Assembly (NCBI GenBank): GCA_965140415.1
Contig: OZ223209.1
Span: 3,968,001 to 4,032,000 of the forward strand
DNA length: 64,000 nt
From: Myxococcota bacterium
GTDB lineage: Bacteria; Myxococcota_A; SURF-8
Reading direction: 5' to 3'
Position 1 is the first letter of the stretch. Each line of letters begins with the position of its first letter. Below, piece by piece: positions 29,814 to 40,649 of this stretch. The notes under the pieces are model-generated. The model had not been told where the DNA came from and searched no databases. It saw nothing but the letters and a program-made list of their open reading frames with translations. A program made the translations under genes and the position numbers.

Positions 29814-32800
29814 ATGGCCACTGTTCTGATTGTAGACGATGAAAAAGGAATGCGACATTCACTGGGTCGTTTCCTCCAATCGGACGGCCATGAAGTTCAC
29901 GCCGCCCCCAACGCACATGATGCACTGAAAATCCTGGAAAGCCAAGCCCTGGACATCGTACTCTGCGATATTATAATGCCCAGGATGTCGGGAATCGAAC
30001 TGATGCATCGCATCAGCGATCAATACCCCGAGATCAAAGTGATCATGATTACGGGAGAACCGACCTTGGAAACAGCCCTGGAAGCGGTACGCGCCGGGGC
30101 TTTTGACTATCTGACCAAGCCGGTGGATCGCAGCACGATTCGAAAAATCGTGCAAACAGCCGCACGCATCAAACAGTTGGAAGAGGAAAATCGGCGCTAT
30201 CAGCAGGATCTGGAACAACAGGTATCTGAGCGCACAGCCCAACTTCTAAGCTATACGGAACGGCTGAAACAACTTTCCGAGCAAACACGTCGCTTTGCCA
30301 CTTGCAGGGACTTGCAACAACTTGCCAACAAAGTAATGGACACGCTCTCTAGGAGCATGAATGCAGCCGGGGGCAGTTTCTACATTCGAAACAACGGGCA
30401 ACTTAAGCTTCTGTTCGCACTGGATGCAGGACATCAACAATCGACGGTTTCATTGCCCCCCTCCCCCAACAGCGTCATCGGCAAAGCCATGCGCGACAAG
30501 CAGGCGTTTGTTGTGGAAAGCCTTAAAAAAGAGGCAAACCTGCGCGGGTCCGGTTGGGGTGGATACGAAAACGATTCTCTGCTCATTCTGCCATTAAAAA
30601 ACGAAAAAAAGAGTATCATCGGTGTGCTGGCCATTCACGATAAAGAAACGCCTCCCTTTACCGAACAGGATCTGGAACTGGGGCGCATTGTCGAAGCTCA
30701 TGCAGTAGATGCAATCCGAAACATCGAGTTAAGCCGTGTTGTAACGGAAAATGAACGAAAATATCGAGAACTGGCGGAAAATTCCCAAACCGGAATATAC
30801 GTGCATCAACATGGTAAACTGGTTTACGCTAATCAGCGAATGGCCGATATTCTTGAATTCGATTCCAACTCACTGAAAGAATTGATGGCAGCAGACGTTC
30901 AAACATTCGTTCATCCCGATGACCGTGCCATGTTCGAACAATTCAGCCACAACCAACTGCGAGGAGGAGATGCGCCTCAAACTTTCGAGTTGCGGCTCAT
31001 TTCCCGTAAGGGACAGATCATTTGGGCGAACGTCGCCTCTTCGGTAGTCACGTATAACAGCGAAAACGCGATCATGGGAAACCTGATCGATATTACCGAC
31101 CGCAAACGTGCAGAAGAAGTGTTGCTGGAAAGTGAAAAACGCTACCGAACGTTGTTTGAATCCGCTGGAGATGCCATCTTTCTGATGGAAAACGATCGTA
31201 TCGTCGATTGCAACAACAGCACCTTGCGCATGCTGCGGGCGACTCGCCGCGATGTTTTGGGGGCAACAACACTTGCTTTCTCCCCTCAATTACAATCAGA
31301 TAGCGCTCGCTCTGAACGACTGATTTCAGAAAACATCAAACGTGCACTGGATGGTGACTCCGTTTCATTCGAATGGCGCTTCGTTCGTCTGGACGGCACG
31401 ATCTTCGATGCCGATGTCACCATCAACCGGCTTTCCAGTTCCGAACAGGATTTCTATTTACTGGCGATCATCCGTGACATCACAGACCGCCGCATTGCGG
31501 AAGAGGCGGTTAAACAAAGCGAGAAACGCTACAGACTGCTGGTAGAAAACGCACCTATCGGAATTCTCTCCATGGATCGGCACGGCAATATCACTAGTGC
31601 CAATCCGGCGCTGGTTCGGATTCTCGGTTCTCCGTCTTTGGAAGACACGCTCAAAATCAATATGATTTCCTATACAAGAATGGTCAACAGCGGGCTTTCC
31701 GAAGAAATCGTTCGCTGTATGAAGGAAGGCGAGATCATTCAATCCGAACATCCCTACACATCCAAGTGGGGAAAAAAGCTGCAATTGCGCTATTACATCA
31801 CCCCTATCAAAGATGAAACGGATACCATCAACGGCTGTTTGGTATTGGTGGAGGACTTTTCCGAATTCAACGAAGCGCAACTTGAACGTGACAAGTTAGA
31901 GGAACAACTGCGTCAATCGCAGAAAATGGAAGCAATCGGACGTTTAGCTGGTGGTGTAGCGCACGACTTCAACAACCTGCTGACAGGCATCTCAGGCAAT
32001 GCCTCATTGGCATTATTGGATTTGCCCCCCGATAACCCCTTGTGCCAAACCATGAACGAAATTGCAGGCGCAGCGGGACGAGCAGCGGAACTGACCAAGC
32101 AATTACTTGCTTTCAGCCGCAAGCAGATCATCGAACCCAAAATTCTGGATTTAAACGAGTTAATTCAGAATCTGCATCGTATGCTTGCGCGCTTAATCGG
32201 CGAAGACATCCAGTTGGAAACCGAATTCAGAAATTCCCCTTGTACGGTTCTGGCAGACGCAGGTCAAATCGAGCAGGTGCTGATCAATCTGGCAATCAAT
32301 GCCCGTGATGCGATGCCAAAAGGAGGAACCCTCACCATTGAAACCAAGCGAATGCAAATCGACAAATCCTATTTCCAGGATCATCCGAGTCTGGAAATAG
32401 GCGATTATGCCGTGCTTACGGTAACGGATACCGGCCAGGGCATGGATCTGAAAACAAAAGAACGTCTCTTCGAACCATTCTTCACGACTAAACCTCAAGG
32501 ACGCGGGACCGGTCTGGGATTGGCCACGACCTATGGTATCATCAAACAACACAATGGCTTTATCGAAGCGGATTCCGAGCCGAATCAAGGTTCTGCCTTT
32601 ACGTTGTATCTTCCCTACAATGAGAACAAGCCTGTTAAAAAAGAAAAATCCGACCAACCCAAAATGCCGACGGGCACAGAAACCATTCTCGTTGTCGAGG
32701 ATGAATCCATTGTCCGGAAAATGGCCGTAAAAATCCTGAATCGTCAAGGCTACCATGTATTGTTTGCCTCTGAGGGAAACGAAGCCTTGCAAATCGCCAA

Positions 32801-33044
32801 GGATTATGACAAACATATTGACTTGTTGATGACCGATGTCGTTATGCCGAATATGAATGGCCGTGAATTGTCTGAACAATTGACACAATCTCGGCCAGAA
32901 TTGCGAGTGCTCTTCACTTCGGGATATACCGAAGATGTTGTAGCGCATCACGGCGTACTTGATGAAGGTGTTCACTTTGTAAACAAACCATATTCACCGG
33001 AAACCCTTGCCAGAAAGGTACGGGAAGTACTCGACAAAGTTTGA
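29814..33044 (+). CDS. Hybrid histidine kinase REC-GAF-PAS-PAS-PAS-HisKA-HATPase-REC
   Basis: QSQKMEAIGRLAGGVAHDFNNLL, NLAINARDAMP, PFFTTK..GRGTGLGL; N- and C-terminal receiver domains. Confidence 0.95.
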   Translation: MATVLIVDDEKGMRHSLGRFLQSDGHEVHAAPNAHDALKILESQALDIVLCDIIMPRMSGIELMHRISDQYPEIKVIMITGEPTLETALEAVRAGAFDYLTKPVDRSTIRKIVQTAARIKQLEEENRRYQQDLEQQVSERTAQLLSYTERLKQLSEQTRRFATCRDLQQLANKVMDTLSRSMNAAGGSFYIRNNGQLKLLFALDAGHQQSTVSLPPSPNSVIGKAMRDKQAFVVESLKKEANLRGSGWGGYENDSLLILPLKNEKKSIIGVLAIHDKETPPFTEQDLELGRIVEAHAVDAIRNIELSRVVTENERKYRELAENSQTGIYVHQHGKLVYANQRMADILEFDSNSLKELMAADVQTFVHPDDRAMFEQFSHNQLRGGDAPQTFELRLISRKGQIIWANVASSVVTYNSENAIMGNLIDITDRKRAEEVLLESEKRYRTLFESAGDAIFLMENDRIVDCNNSTLRMLRATRRDVLGATTLAFSPQLQSDSARSERLISENIKRALDGDSVSFEWRFVRLDGTIFDADVTINRLSSSEQDFYLLAIIRDITDRRIAEEAVKQSEKRYRLLVENAPIGILSMDRHGNITSANPALVRILGSPSLEDTLKINMISYTRMVNSGLSEEIVRCMKEGEIIQSEHPYTSKWGKKLQLRYYITPIKDETDTINGCLVLVEDFSEFNEAQLERDKLEEQLRQSQKMEAIGRLAGGVAHDFNNLLTGISGNASLALLDLPPDNPLCQTMNEIAGAAGRAAELTKQLLAFSRKQIIEPKILDLNELIQNLHRMLARLIGEDIQLETEFRNSPCTVLADAGQIEQVLINLAINARDAMPKGGTLTIETKRMQIDKSYFQDHPSLEIGDYAVLTVTDTGQGMDLKTKERLFEPFFTTKPQGRGTGLGLATTYGIIKQHNGFIEADSEPNQGSAFTLYLPYNENKPVKKEKSDQPKMPTGTETILVVEDESIVRKMAVKILNRQGYHVLFASEGNEALQIAKDYDKHIDLLMTDVVMPNMNGRELSEQLTQSRPELRVLFTSGYTEDVVAHHGVLDEGVHFVNKPYSPETLARKVREVLDKV

Positions 33045-33180
33045 GAGTTCCAATCTTTCTTCCGGAATATGGGCGACACCGCCACCGAAAATTATGCTAA
33101 CAGGTCCACACAGCAGCTTCTTCGATACCTCGTAAGATTGATGAGGTAACGAGGTTCCGATTTCATTTTAAAAAAAAGGC

Positions 33181-33221
33181 TTGACGGTGTGTATCTCCCG
33201 ACTAGAATGGCATGTCAGTCA
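33181..33221 (+). promoter_or_regulatory. sigma70-type promoter with an overlapping imperfect palindrome (possible TetR operator)
   Basis: TTGACG-N16-TAGAAT; AGAATGGC-AT-GTCAGTCA at 33204-33221. Confidence 0.45.
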
Positions 33222-33254
33222 GCCACAAAACTACAGGTTGGCAGTGAGAGAACA

Positions 33255-33914
33255 ATGGATCCACAGGAACGCAAACAAGGAATACTGGAAGCAGCAAAGC
33301 AGGTCTTTGCCGAAAAGGGTTATCATGATGCCGGAGTAGCCGACATCATTCAAAAGGCGAATATCGCTCGCGGTACGTTTTATCTCTACTTCAAGAGCAA
33401 ACATCAGGTTTTTACCGCACTGGTGGAAAACATCGTCGAGTCGATTCGTAGCATCCTGGTCCCTCCGACATTCGATCAGGAAGACGCAATTCTGCTTTGT
33501 CTAAAAGACAATTTAGAGCGCGTCAAGAACTTTTTCATGAATGATCCTGATCTGTTACGAATCTTTACAAATGAACGTACCGCATTAGATCTCGACTCTC
33601 GCGAACGACTTGGAGAGTTGCAGGTGCAACTCGTTGCGCTAATGAGTGATTTGGTCAAGCAAGCACAAAATCGCGAAATTTTGCGCCCGTTGAACCCGGA
33701 TATCGTCGCTTATGCGTTTTTCGGCTCGTTAAAAGAGCTTTTTGAAAACCAAATGATGAGCGGCTATTTGGAAGCGGAAAGCGATCAAATTACCAGCACC
33801 TTGTTGGATTTATACATGTTCGGTTTGATTACGCCCGCCTATCAAATCAAGGCGCAAACAGAACTGGACAAAGCGAAACAGCAGGAAGACGGTAAGACTC
33901 CTCAGGAGAACTAA
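33255..33914 (+). CDS. TetR/AcrR family transcriptional regulator
   Basis: RKQGILEAAKQVFAEKGYH...IARGTFYLYFKSK helix-turn-helix. Confidence 0.93.
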   Translation: MDPQERKQGILEAAKQVFAEKGYHDAGVADIIQKANIARGTFYLYFKSKHQVFTALVENIVESIRSILVPPTFDQEDAILLCLKDNLERVKNFFMNDPDLLRIFTNERTALDLDSRERLGELQVQLVALMSDLVKQAQNREILRPLNPDIVAYAFFGSLKELFENQMMSGYLEAESDQITSTLLDLYMFGLITPAYQIKAQTELDKAKQQEDGKTPQEN

Positions 33915-34008
33915 CGGCACTGTCGTCTGCTAAAAAACATACTTTTCCTGCGTGTCCAACACTTTGACAAGGATGTTTGGAACACGTGAAATGATAGGAG
34001 ACATGGTT

Positions 34009-34821
34009 ATGACGCGTATCGCGACATTCTTTCAGTTAATAACGATCACGATGGTATTGCTGGCAGCAACATCTCTTTTCGCCCAACAACAAGAAAACGA
34101 AACTCCTTCAAAAAAAGAAGTGAAAACAAATACATCTGCAACACTGACTCCGCAACAGATTCTTGAAAAAACCGATTATCTAAACAGTGGCTACGACGAT
34201 CAGATTATGGACAACACGATGACAATCGTGGATGTGGACGGCTCTAAGAAATCCTATAACATGTGGGTCAAGCAGAAAGGTGCGGAGACGCGCTTCGTCC
34301 GCTTCACTTCGGGTGAAATCAAGAACATGTCCATGCTTGTGGAACCGGGCAACAAGGTACACGTTTATCTACCTGGATTCAAAAAAGTGCGCAAAGTCGC
34401 CGCCCATGCCATGAACCAATCCTTTGCCGGCTCCGACTTTTCCAACGAAGACATTTCCAGCGCTTCCTGGGGAAAAAATTACATTCCGGCAATCGAGCGT
34501 GAAGATGACACAGCCTGGTATCTGAAATGTACTCCCAAACCCGATGTAGATGTCAACTACGCCTGGGTAGTCGTTAAAGTGGACAAGAAAAATTTCCACC
34601 AGTTGGGAGTGGATTATTTCAATGACAAGGGCGAACGGGTCAAGTATCAGACCTGTGAGCAGCTTACGACCTTCCCCGGTGGCGCAGTGCGAAACAAAAT
34701 TGTCACGATGGGTGATCCTCGCACCGGTCACAAAACGATCTTGACCGTCAATGATTTGAAGGTCAACCAAGGTCTGAGCGATTCCATTTTCAGCGTACGC
34801 CAGTTACGCTGGGGACGGTAA
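34009..34821 (+). CDS. Outer-membrane lipoprotein-sorting (LolA-like) periplasmic protein
   Basis: Signal peptide; VRFTS, YLPGFKKVRKV, SFAGSDFSNED, NQGLSDSIFSVRQL. Confidence 0.85.
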   Translation: MTRIATFFQLITITMVLLAATSLFAQQQENETPSKKEVKTNTSATLTPQQILEKTDYLNSGYDDQIMDNTMTIVDVDGSKKSYNMWVKQKGAETRFVRFTSGEIKNMSMLVEPGNKVHVYLPGFKKVRKVAAHAMNQSFAGSDFSNEDISSASWGKNYIPAIEREDDTAWYLKCTPKPDVDVNYAWVVVKVDKKNFHQLGVDYFNDKGERVKYQTCEQLTTFPGGAVRNKIVTMGDPRTGHKTILTVNDLKVNQGLSDSIFSVRQLRWGR

Positions 34822-34979
34822 TTCGTCAACGCCGTTGTGCGGGGCAACGGTAAACATGATCCGGTAATGGAAAAAAGTAAAGGAAATCAAGTACCCGAGC
34901 GGTCGGGAGGGTTGGGGTTTGTCAATCTCTCCCAGTCGCAGAGGCTTTTTTATTATCAACCCTTTAGACAGATGGTACC

Positions 34980-36551
34980 ATGAAAACACACACTCTACGG
35001 ATTTTAGCTCTCTCCCTGTTTCTGCTGGCATGCCACCCCCTCGCGGTTCATGCAGCGGATTGGACGGAAATGATCGATTTCTCCGGCTTTCTGGAGAGCG
35101 ATCTTCGCTTTATCATTGAAGATACACGCGGACTTAAAGAAGGAGATGGATACGAATTCCAATCCAACCGCAACGATCTCAATTTCCGCTTGAGCATCTA
35201 CCCGACGGATCGAGTCAAAGTGGTAATCGATTCCCGCTTCCGCTTCTATGGTTTCAGCGAATCCGAATACCTGACCGATCTGAATATTCGGGACAAGACC
35301 GACCCGTGGAGCCTGCACCTGGACGAAGCCTACGTCAGCATCCAAGGCGTACTCTGGGAGAATTTGGATGTCAAAATCGGACGTATGGCGTTGACTTGGG
35401 GAACAGCCGATCAGTTCAACCCAACCGACAATATCAACGCGCGCGACTTCACAGACCCACTGGACTACACCACCAAAGTCCCCAATGAAATGGTGGAAAT
35501 CAATATGTATCCCACCGATTGGCTTACACTGAGCGTCGTATGGGTTCCGATATTCAAACACTCACTGCTGCCCTCTTCCGCCAATCTGGGCTTTGCCGTC
35601 GATTACGATGATGATGGCAATATGTATGCCATCCCGGCGCTACCCATCGACGACACAGGCAAGCAGCAATTGGCCGCTCTGGGTGAACTGCTTGGTCCGC
35701 CCAGCACCGATGGAACCATGGATACCAGCAATTTACATTTCGAGGATATCCTGATCAATTTACGCCAGCCTTCAAGGAAAATCGAAAACTCCCAAGTTGC
35801 AGCCAAAGCGCAATTCAGTGTGTGGGATCTCGACTTCTCTTTCAGCTACTACTATGGCCGGTTCTCGTATCCCGTTCCGGTCAGTGCGGCGGCTGTCGTC
35901 GATTCCCCGACACCGGATTTCCAGAAATTCAACATCGGCATTCTGGTCGATGTTTTATATCCGCGCATGCACGTCGCAGGTTTCGACTTCAGCTATTCCG
36001 CGTCATGGCTGTTCGACATCGGTATTTTCGGCGAAATGGCAGTCATTTTCCCGGAGCAGGTCAATTTCGGTCTGCGCGCCTATCTCGACGGAGAACAGGT
36101 CAGCGCCGACATTCATAATGTCAATGTACCTGATGAACCTTTCATCAAGGCGACAGTCGGATGGGACTACACCTTCACCAGTTGGCTGTATGTCAACACC
36201 CAATACGTACGCGGCTTCTTCGATGAATTCAACGACATGTACGGTATTCACAATTATTGGGTAATGGCGCTGGAATTCAAATTTTTGGATGATGAGTTAC
36301 AGTTCCGCATCGCCAACGTACTCAACTGTGACGATCTCTCCGATAACTTCTTCCCGCAGCTGACCTGGATCATCGTTCCATCGGTGCAGGTCATTGCCGG
36401 AGCTTTTGTTTACTTCGGCAAAAACGATCGCACGGACCCGGATAATCCCGCAGGACTGGATAATCTGGCTGACTACGCGGATAAAGAAAAGTTCGGATGG
36501 CGTGCCACTGGCCGTAGCATTGCATTCGTCAAAGTCAAGGTCAACTGGTAG
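34980..36551 (+). CDS. Outer-membrane beta-barrel, DUF1302-like
   Basis: Signal peptide ending VHA; LDEAYV, KIGRMALTWGTADQFNPTDNIN; C-terminal FVKVKVNW. Confidence 0.75.
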   Translation: MKTHTLRILALSLFLLACHPLAVHAADWTEMIDFSGFLESDLRFIIEDTRGLKEGDGYEFQSNRNDLNFRLSIYPTDRVKVVIDSRFRFYGFSESEYLTDLNIRDKTDPWSLHLDEAYVSIQGVLWENLDVKIGRMALTWGTADQFNPTDNINARDFTDPLDYTTKVPNEMVEINMYPTDWLTLSVVWVPIFKHSLLPSSANLGFAVDYDDDGNMYAIPALPIDDTGKQQLAALGELLGPPSTDGTMDTSNLHFEDILINLRQPSRKIENSQVAAKAQFSVWDLDFSFSYYYGRFSYPVPVSAAAVVDSPTPDFQKFNIGILVDVLYPRMHVAGFDFSYSASWLFDIGIFGEMAVIFPEQVNFGLRAYLDGEQVSADIHNVNVPDEPFIKATVGWDYTFTSWLYVNTQYVRGFFDEFNDMYGIHNYWVMALEFKFLDDELQFRIANVLNCDDLSDNFFPQLTWIIVPSVQVIAGAFVYFGKNDRTDPDNPAGLDNLADYADKEKFGWRATGRSIAFVKVKVNW

Positions 36552-36565
36552 GCAAGGAGAGAAAC

Positions 36566-37894
36566 ATGTATAAACTTAAAACAATCATTCCCGTATTTCT
36601 TTTCGTTCTCTCCCTGCTTTCTCTTTCCGGCTGCTGGGAGACCGATGGACTGGACTTGCTGGACGAAATGTATCCCCCGGATGGCGATGCCGATCTCGAT
36701 GCCGAGTTGCAGGAAATCGATTTGGGTGAAGTAAGTGGAGAAGGCCTTCCCGGGCGCTGGGCCATGAAAATGACTCTGCACGGCACAATCAAACCGCTTT
36801 CAACTGATCTGGATCTGTCATTGACGAATTACTTCATCGCCGACATCAACGAAGACGGTTCGCTGATGCGCCTGACCTTCTGCCAGCAAGACTCGGATAT
36901 CAACGCTGAATTCGCGAAATCGGAACTGTTGGACGAAACCGCAGAGAAACTCCGCGAAACCTTGATCGATGTCCCTCTGGAAGGAGCAGGAGACAAACTT
37001 CCCGCCAACACCGTTGGCTGGACCTGGGGAGTTCAGATGGAAGATCCGATCAACGACAGCTTCCCCACTGAAAAAGATGACAGCCGTATCTTCGATCAGG
37101 ATGAGGACGGCAATCCTGGAGTTTCCGTGCATATCGTCTTGGGTGATGCGACCCGCTACATGGCTCGCCGTTCCGTATGGAATCTGTCGGATGGCGTGTT
37201 GACGGCGGATAAGGACGGCCAGAAGGACCAGTGGATTCTCGGTACAATCGATACTTTCCAGATCGATGAAAAGGCGGTAGGTGCCAGCGATCCGATGTAT
37301 GAAGCGACCGCACCGATCAACCCGGTACTGGAAAACAATCTGTATATCATGAAGCGTGTGCCTGGCGGCGCCATGCCCAATGCAACAGATGGTGACATAA
37401 CTGACGGCGATGTGGTTGACGGCGATAACGCTCCCGATGGCGACACAACTGACGGTGATGTGACCGATGGCGATACCGCTCCCGATGGCGACATCACTGA
37501 CGGTGATGTGGCCGATGGTGATACCGCTCCCGATGGCGACACAACTGACGGCGATGTAGTTGATGGCGATACCACTCCCGACGGCGACACAACTGACGGT
37601 GATGTCGTTGATGGCGATATCACTCCCGATGGCGACACAACTGACGGTGATGTCGTTGATGGCGACACCGCTCCCGACGGCGACACAACTGACGGTGATT
37701 TAGTCGATGGCGATACGATTCCTGACGGAGACATCACAGATGGAGATGTTACTTCAGATGGCGTCATGGAGTCTGTTGAAGCACAAGAAAGCGACACCAC
37801 AAAACGAGCACGAATTCTGGATGATACGGGCTACACCTGTGAAGATCTGCTGCGAGACCGAGCTTCACTTTTCGTAGATGTACCAACCGATTAG
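36566..37894 (+). CDS. Lipoprotein with a DQDEDGNPGV motif and a DGD super-repeat
   Basis: Lipobox LSGC; globular region followed by 23 DGD units and a short Cys-containing tail. Confidence 0.8.
   Translation: MYKLKTIIPVFLFVLSLLSLSGCWETDGLDLLDEMYPPDGDADLDAELQEIDLGEVSGEGLPGRWAMKMTLHGTIKPLSTDLDLSLTNYFIADINEDGSLMRLTFCQQDSDINAEFAKSELLDETAEKLRETLIDVPLEGAGDKLPANTVGWTWGVQMEDPINDSFPTEKDDSRIFDQDEDGNPGVSVHIVLGDATRYMARRSVWNLSDGVLTADKDGQKDQWILGTIDTFQIDEKAVGASDPMYEATAPINPVLENNLYIMKRVPGGAMPNATDGDITDGDVVDGDNAPDGDTTDGDVTDGDTAPDGDITDGDVADGDTAPDGDTTDGDVVDGDTTPDGDTTDGDVVDGDITPDGDTTDGDVVDGDTAPDGDTTDGDLVDGDTIPDGDITDGDVTSDGVMESVEAQESDTTKRARILDDTGYTCEDLLRDRASLFVDVPTD
37388..37747 (+). repeat. 48-nt (16-aa, 5+5+6) higher-order DGD repeat, 7.5 copies
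   Basis: DGDTT-DGDVV-DGDTAP periodicity; 23 DGD triplets in 360 nt. Confidence 0.95.
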
Positions 37895-37946
37895 GATATT
37901 CGGACGGCATTCGTAGGATTCGATCAAATTAAGGAGTAACATCGTT

Positions 37947-40586
37947 ATGGGCATCTGGGAATCAATTACCCGTTGGACACGTACACACCGCATCATCAGC
38001 ATTACCTTGGCTGTCTTGATCACTGCGATTTGCATTTCCATTGCACCGTCGATCGATTTTTCCGCGGATGCCACCCAGTATCTGCCTCAAGACAATGAGA
38101 ACGTTGCGTTCTGGTTGGAAAAAACCAACAACTACGGCGGATTCGACATTCTCATGATCGGTCTTGAGGAACCGGGGAAACCCTTGCAATCCGATAGCCT
38201 TATGCGTCTGGCGCGCATCAGCGACCGCTTGACCCAGGCCAAAGCGGAAGGCATCTTGTGGGTGCGCAGTCTGGCAAATATTCCAACGGTTCATGAAGCA
38301 CCAAACGGCACATTGAACAACGAAATGCTGGTCAACGCCATCCCGCGTACGCCCAAGGCTCGCGAGGATCTGGCCAAGCGCATCCTGCGCGACACACAAG
38401 CCCCCGGCTCGCTGGTCAGCCTCGATCTGAAGGGCTATGTCATCATGTTGCGTGCCGATAAACGCAAGGACATGCGTAAAACGGCCCGTTTCGTACAGAA
38501 TCTGGTGGAAGAAGAACGTGGCGATATGAAAGCCTATTTTTTCGGTGCGCCCTTCGTCGCCATTCAAATCACCAACAAGATTTACCGTATGCTTCCCTGG
38601 ATGATCCCGCTGTTTTTACTCGGTTTGTTCATTGTGCTGCGGATGCGGGTTCGCCACATACGTACAAGCGCCATCATTATCGGCAGTACCGGCGTGGCGA
38701 TTCTGTGGTGGTTCGGTCTGCTTACGATATTCGGTATCGAATTGAGCTCTACCGGTCTAAACGGTGTCTTCAGTGTGCTTGTCGCCGGTTCGATCCTCTT
38801 CGGTAGCGGGGCGGAACTGTGGTTGCGGAGAGATCCCAAAGACACGCCACCGTCGCCCTTCCCTGTCCGGCTTGGACTGCTCGCCCTGCTTGGTGCAGTT
38901 GCCTTTGGTCTGTTATCACAACTGACCGGCTCTTTCCTGACAGACTTTGCCTTAGCCAGTGCTTTCGGTCTGGTAGCGGTTCTCCTTGTTGGCCTGTTGC
39001 TTTTCCCGGCATTAATTGGAATGCTTGCTCCCGCACCCCGATTTTCGCAATCAGGTTCTGCAAACACCGGTATGTTTAGCGGAAAAGCTCGGGGCATCCT
39101 GATCGCAGTACTCTTAATCGTCGGTTTTGTCGGTGCGCCTAATATGCGCTTTTTCATCAATCTGCAAGATATGTTCAGCAGTCGGGATGAAATCGGCGCA
39201 GCGGTGGATTTCTTCGAGCGCAAACTCGGTGGAGCGGACTTCCTTCAAATCAATATCAAAGCGGATCTGCGAGATCCGGAAACCATGCGTCGCATCATGT
39301 GCTTAAGTGACCTGCTGGAAGGCAACGGGCATTTTGCGGACATTCGTTCGATCTCCCAGATTGTTGGATTCCTTGCGGAAAACTTCGGTGGCATTCATCG
39401 TATTCCGGATGAACGCGATGCCCTGGACAATCTGTGGTTCTTCCTTGAAGGGAATGAAGACATCCGATCTTTCGTACTGGATGATCGCTCTGAAACCATG
39501 ATTGTAGCCCGCATTCCGGGCGATCCTGCTCGCCAGATCGATTGGGCGGCAGAAGCTCAAAAAACCATCGATTTAAGCAAAGCCAAAGGAATCGAAGCCG
39601 CGCGCCTACGCCTACAAGCACTGGTCTCTCGCTATAAACTGGCCATTGACTCCAACAAAATCAATGCGATTCTAGCTGCTGTCAACGGCAAGCCTTCCAC
39701 ATCCTTGGATGAAAGGGAATCAGCCTCCTTACTGGAAGAGTTGCATACCTTCCTTTTATCGGATCAGGCTCCTTTCGCTCTAGCCGAAAGCGACTGGGAA
39801 ACAATCAAACCACTGTTAACCAGCGACGATTCCACAATTGAAAAGCAATTGCCACAAGCCATTTCCGGCCTGCAAAGTTACATCGAAATGGAGTATCCCC
39901 CGGAAGTGGCTAAGGAGCTAAGCGACACTCTGATCGTTCGTAAAGCACAAATCATTCAACGCGTCATCTCCGAACGACTGGTTGCGGAACTGACTAAGGG
40001 ATTGGATGCGAATACGATTCCAGGAGCCTTTCTACAACGCGCCCAAGGCGTCATGGCCGACTACCTAGCCCCGATTGCGAGCAACAATCCAGAAATCGAA
40101 TTCCGTATTACCGGTTTCCCAGCCCTGGCTGGTCCTGTTGAAGAACAGATGCTGAATGCACTGTACATACAATTGTTCGGGTTGAGTCTATTACTGGCGC
40201 TGGTCACACTGATTGCGCTGCGAAGCATCCGCCCCGCTCTTGTCATTCTGCTTGCTTGCAGCTTGGCTTCCCTGCTGGCGCTTGCTTTCGGGTGGCTGTT
40301 CAGCATTCATTCCGATTCGGCTTCCAGTACACTCTACATCCTGGCTCCGCTGGCAACCTTCCTGCTCTCGTTTAGATTGCTGGTTCCGTGGGACGATGAA
40401 AGCGGCACGGTGCGCATTATCCCCACTGCGTTTGCCATCGCTTTCGCTTTGGGAGCGCTTTCCCTGCTCGTTACCGGCGTTCCTCCTGTGATGCGACTGG
40501 GAGCGGTCATGTCGGATAGTCTGGTTGTCGCCACACTGGTCAGCAGTTTGGCGATTCGTTTCAACAATGGAAATTCAAACGGCTAA
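37947..40586 (+). CDS. MMPL/RND family transporter
   Basis: Two halves, each TM + periplasmic loop + about 5 TM; YGGFDILMIG and LGGADFLQIN; VRSLAN and IRSISQ; FFGAPFV and ITGFPAL. Confidence 0.85.
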   Translation: MGIWESITRWTRTHRIISITLAVLITAICISIAPSIDFSADATQYLPQDNENVAFWLEKTNNYGGFDILMIGLEEPGKPLQSDSLMRLARISDRLTQAKAEGILWVRSLANIPTVHEAPNGTLNNEMLVNAIPRTPKAREDLAKRILRDTQAPGSLVSLDLKGYVIMLRADKRKDMRKTARFVQNLVEEERGDMKAYFFGAPFVAIQITNKIYRMLPWMIPLFLLGLFIVLRMRVRHIRTSAIIIGSTGVAILWWFGLLTIFGIELSSTGLNGVFSVLVAGSILFGSGAELWLRRDPKDTPPSPFPVRLGLLALLGAVAFGLLSQLTGSFLTDFALASAFGLVAVLLVGLLLFPALIGMLAPAPRFSQSGSANTGMFSGKARGILIAVLLIVGFVGAPNMRFFINLQDMFSSRDEIGAAVDFFERKLGGADFLQINIKADLRDPETMRRIMCLSDLLEGNGHFADIRSISQIVGFLAENFGGIHRIPDERDALDNLWFFLEGNEDIRSFVLDDRSETMIVARIPGDPARQIDWAAEAQKTIDLSKAKGIEAARLRLQALVSRYKLAIDSNKINAILAAVNGKPSTSLDERESASLLEELHTFLLSDQAPFALAESDWETIKPLLTSDDSTIEKQLPQAISGLQSYIEMEYPPEVAKELSDTLIVRKAQIIQRVISERLVAELTKGLDANTIPGAFLQRAQGVMADYLAPIASNNPEIEFRITGFPALAGPVEEQMLNALYIQLFGLSLLLALVTLIALRSIRPALVILLACSLASLLALAFGWLFSIHSDSASSTLYILAPLATFLLSFRLLVPWDDESGTVRIIPTAFAIAFALGALSLLVTGVPPVMRLGAVMSDSLVVATLVSSLAIRFNNGNSNG

Positions 40587-40649
40587 TCCGTCATCTTCCA
40601 TACGGCTTTCCGTTTACAACGCTAAAACCTCATGCTACGGTCATAATCA

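Noticed and set aside
37156-37800. 214-aa Ser/Pro-rich minus-strand ORF
   Set aside because: Antisense shadow of the DGD super-repeat
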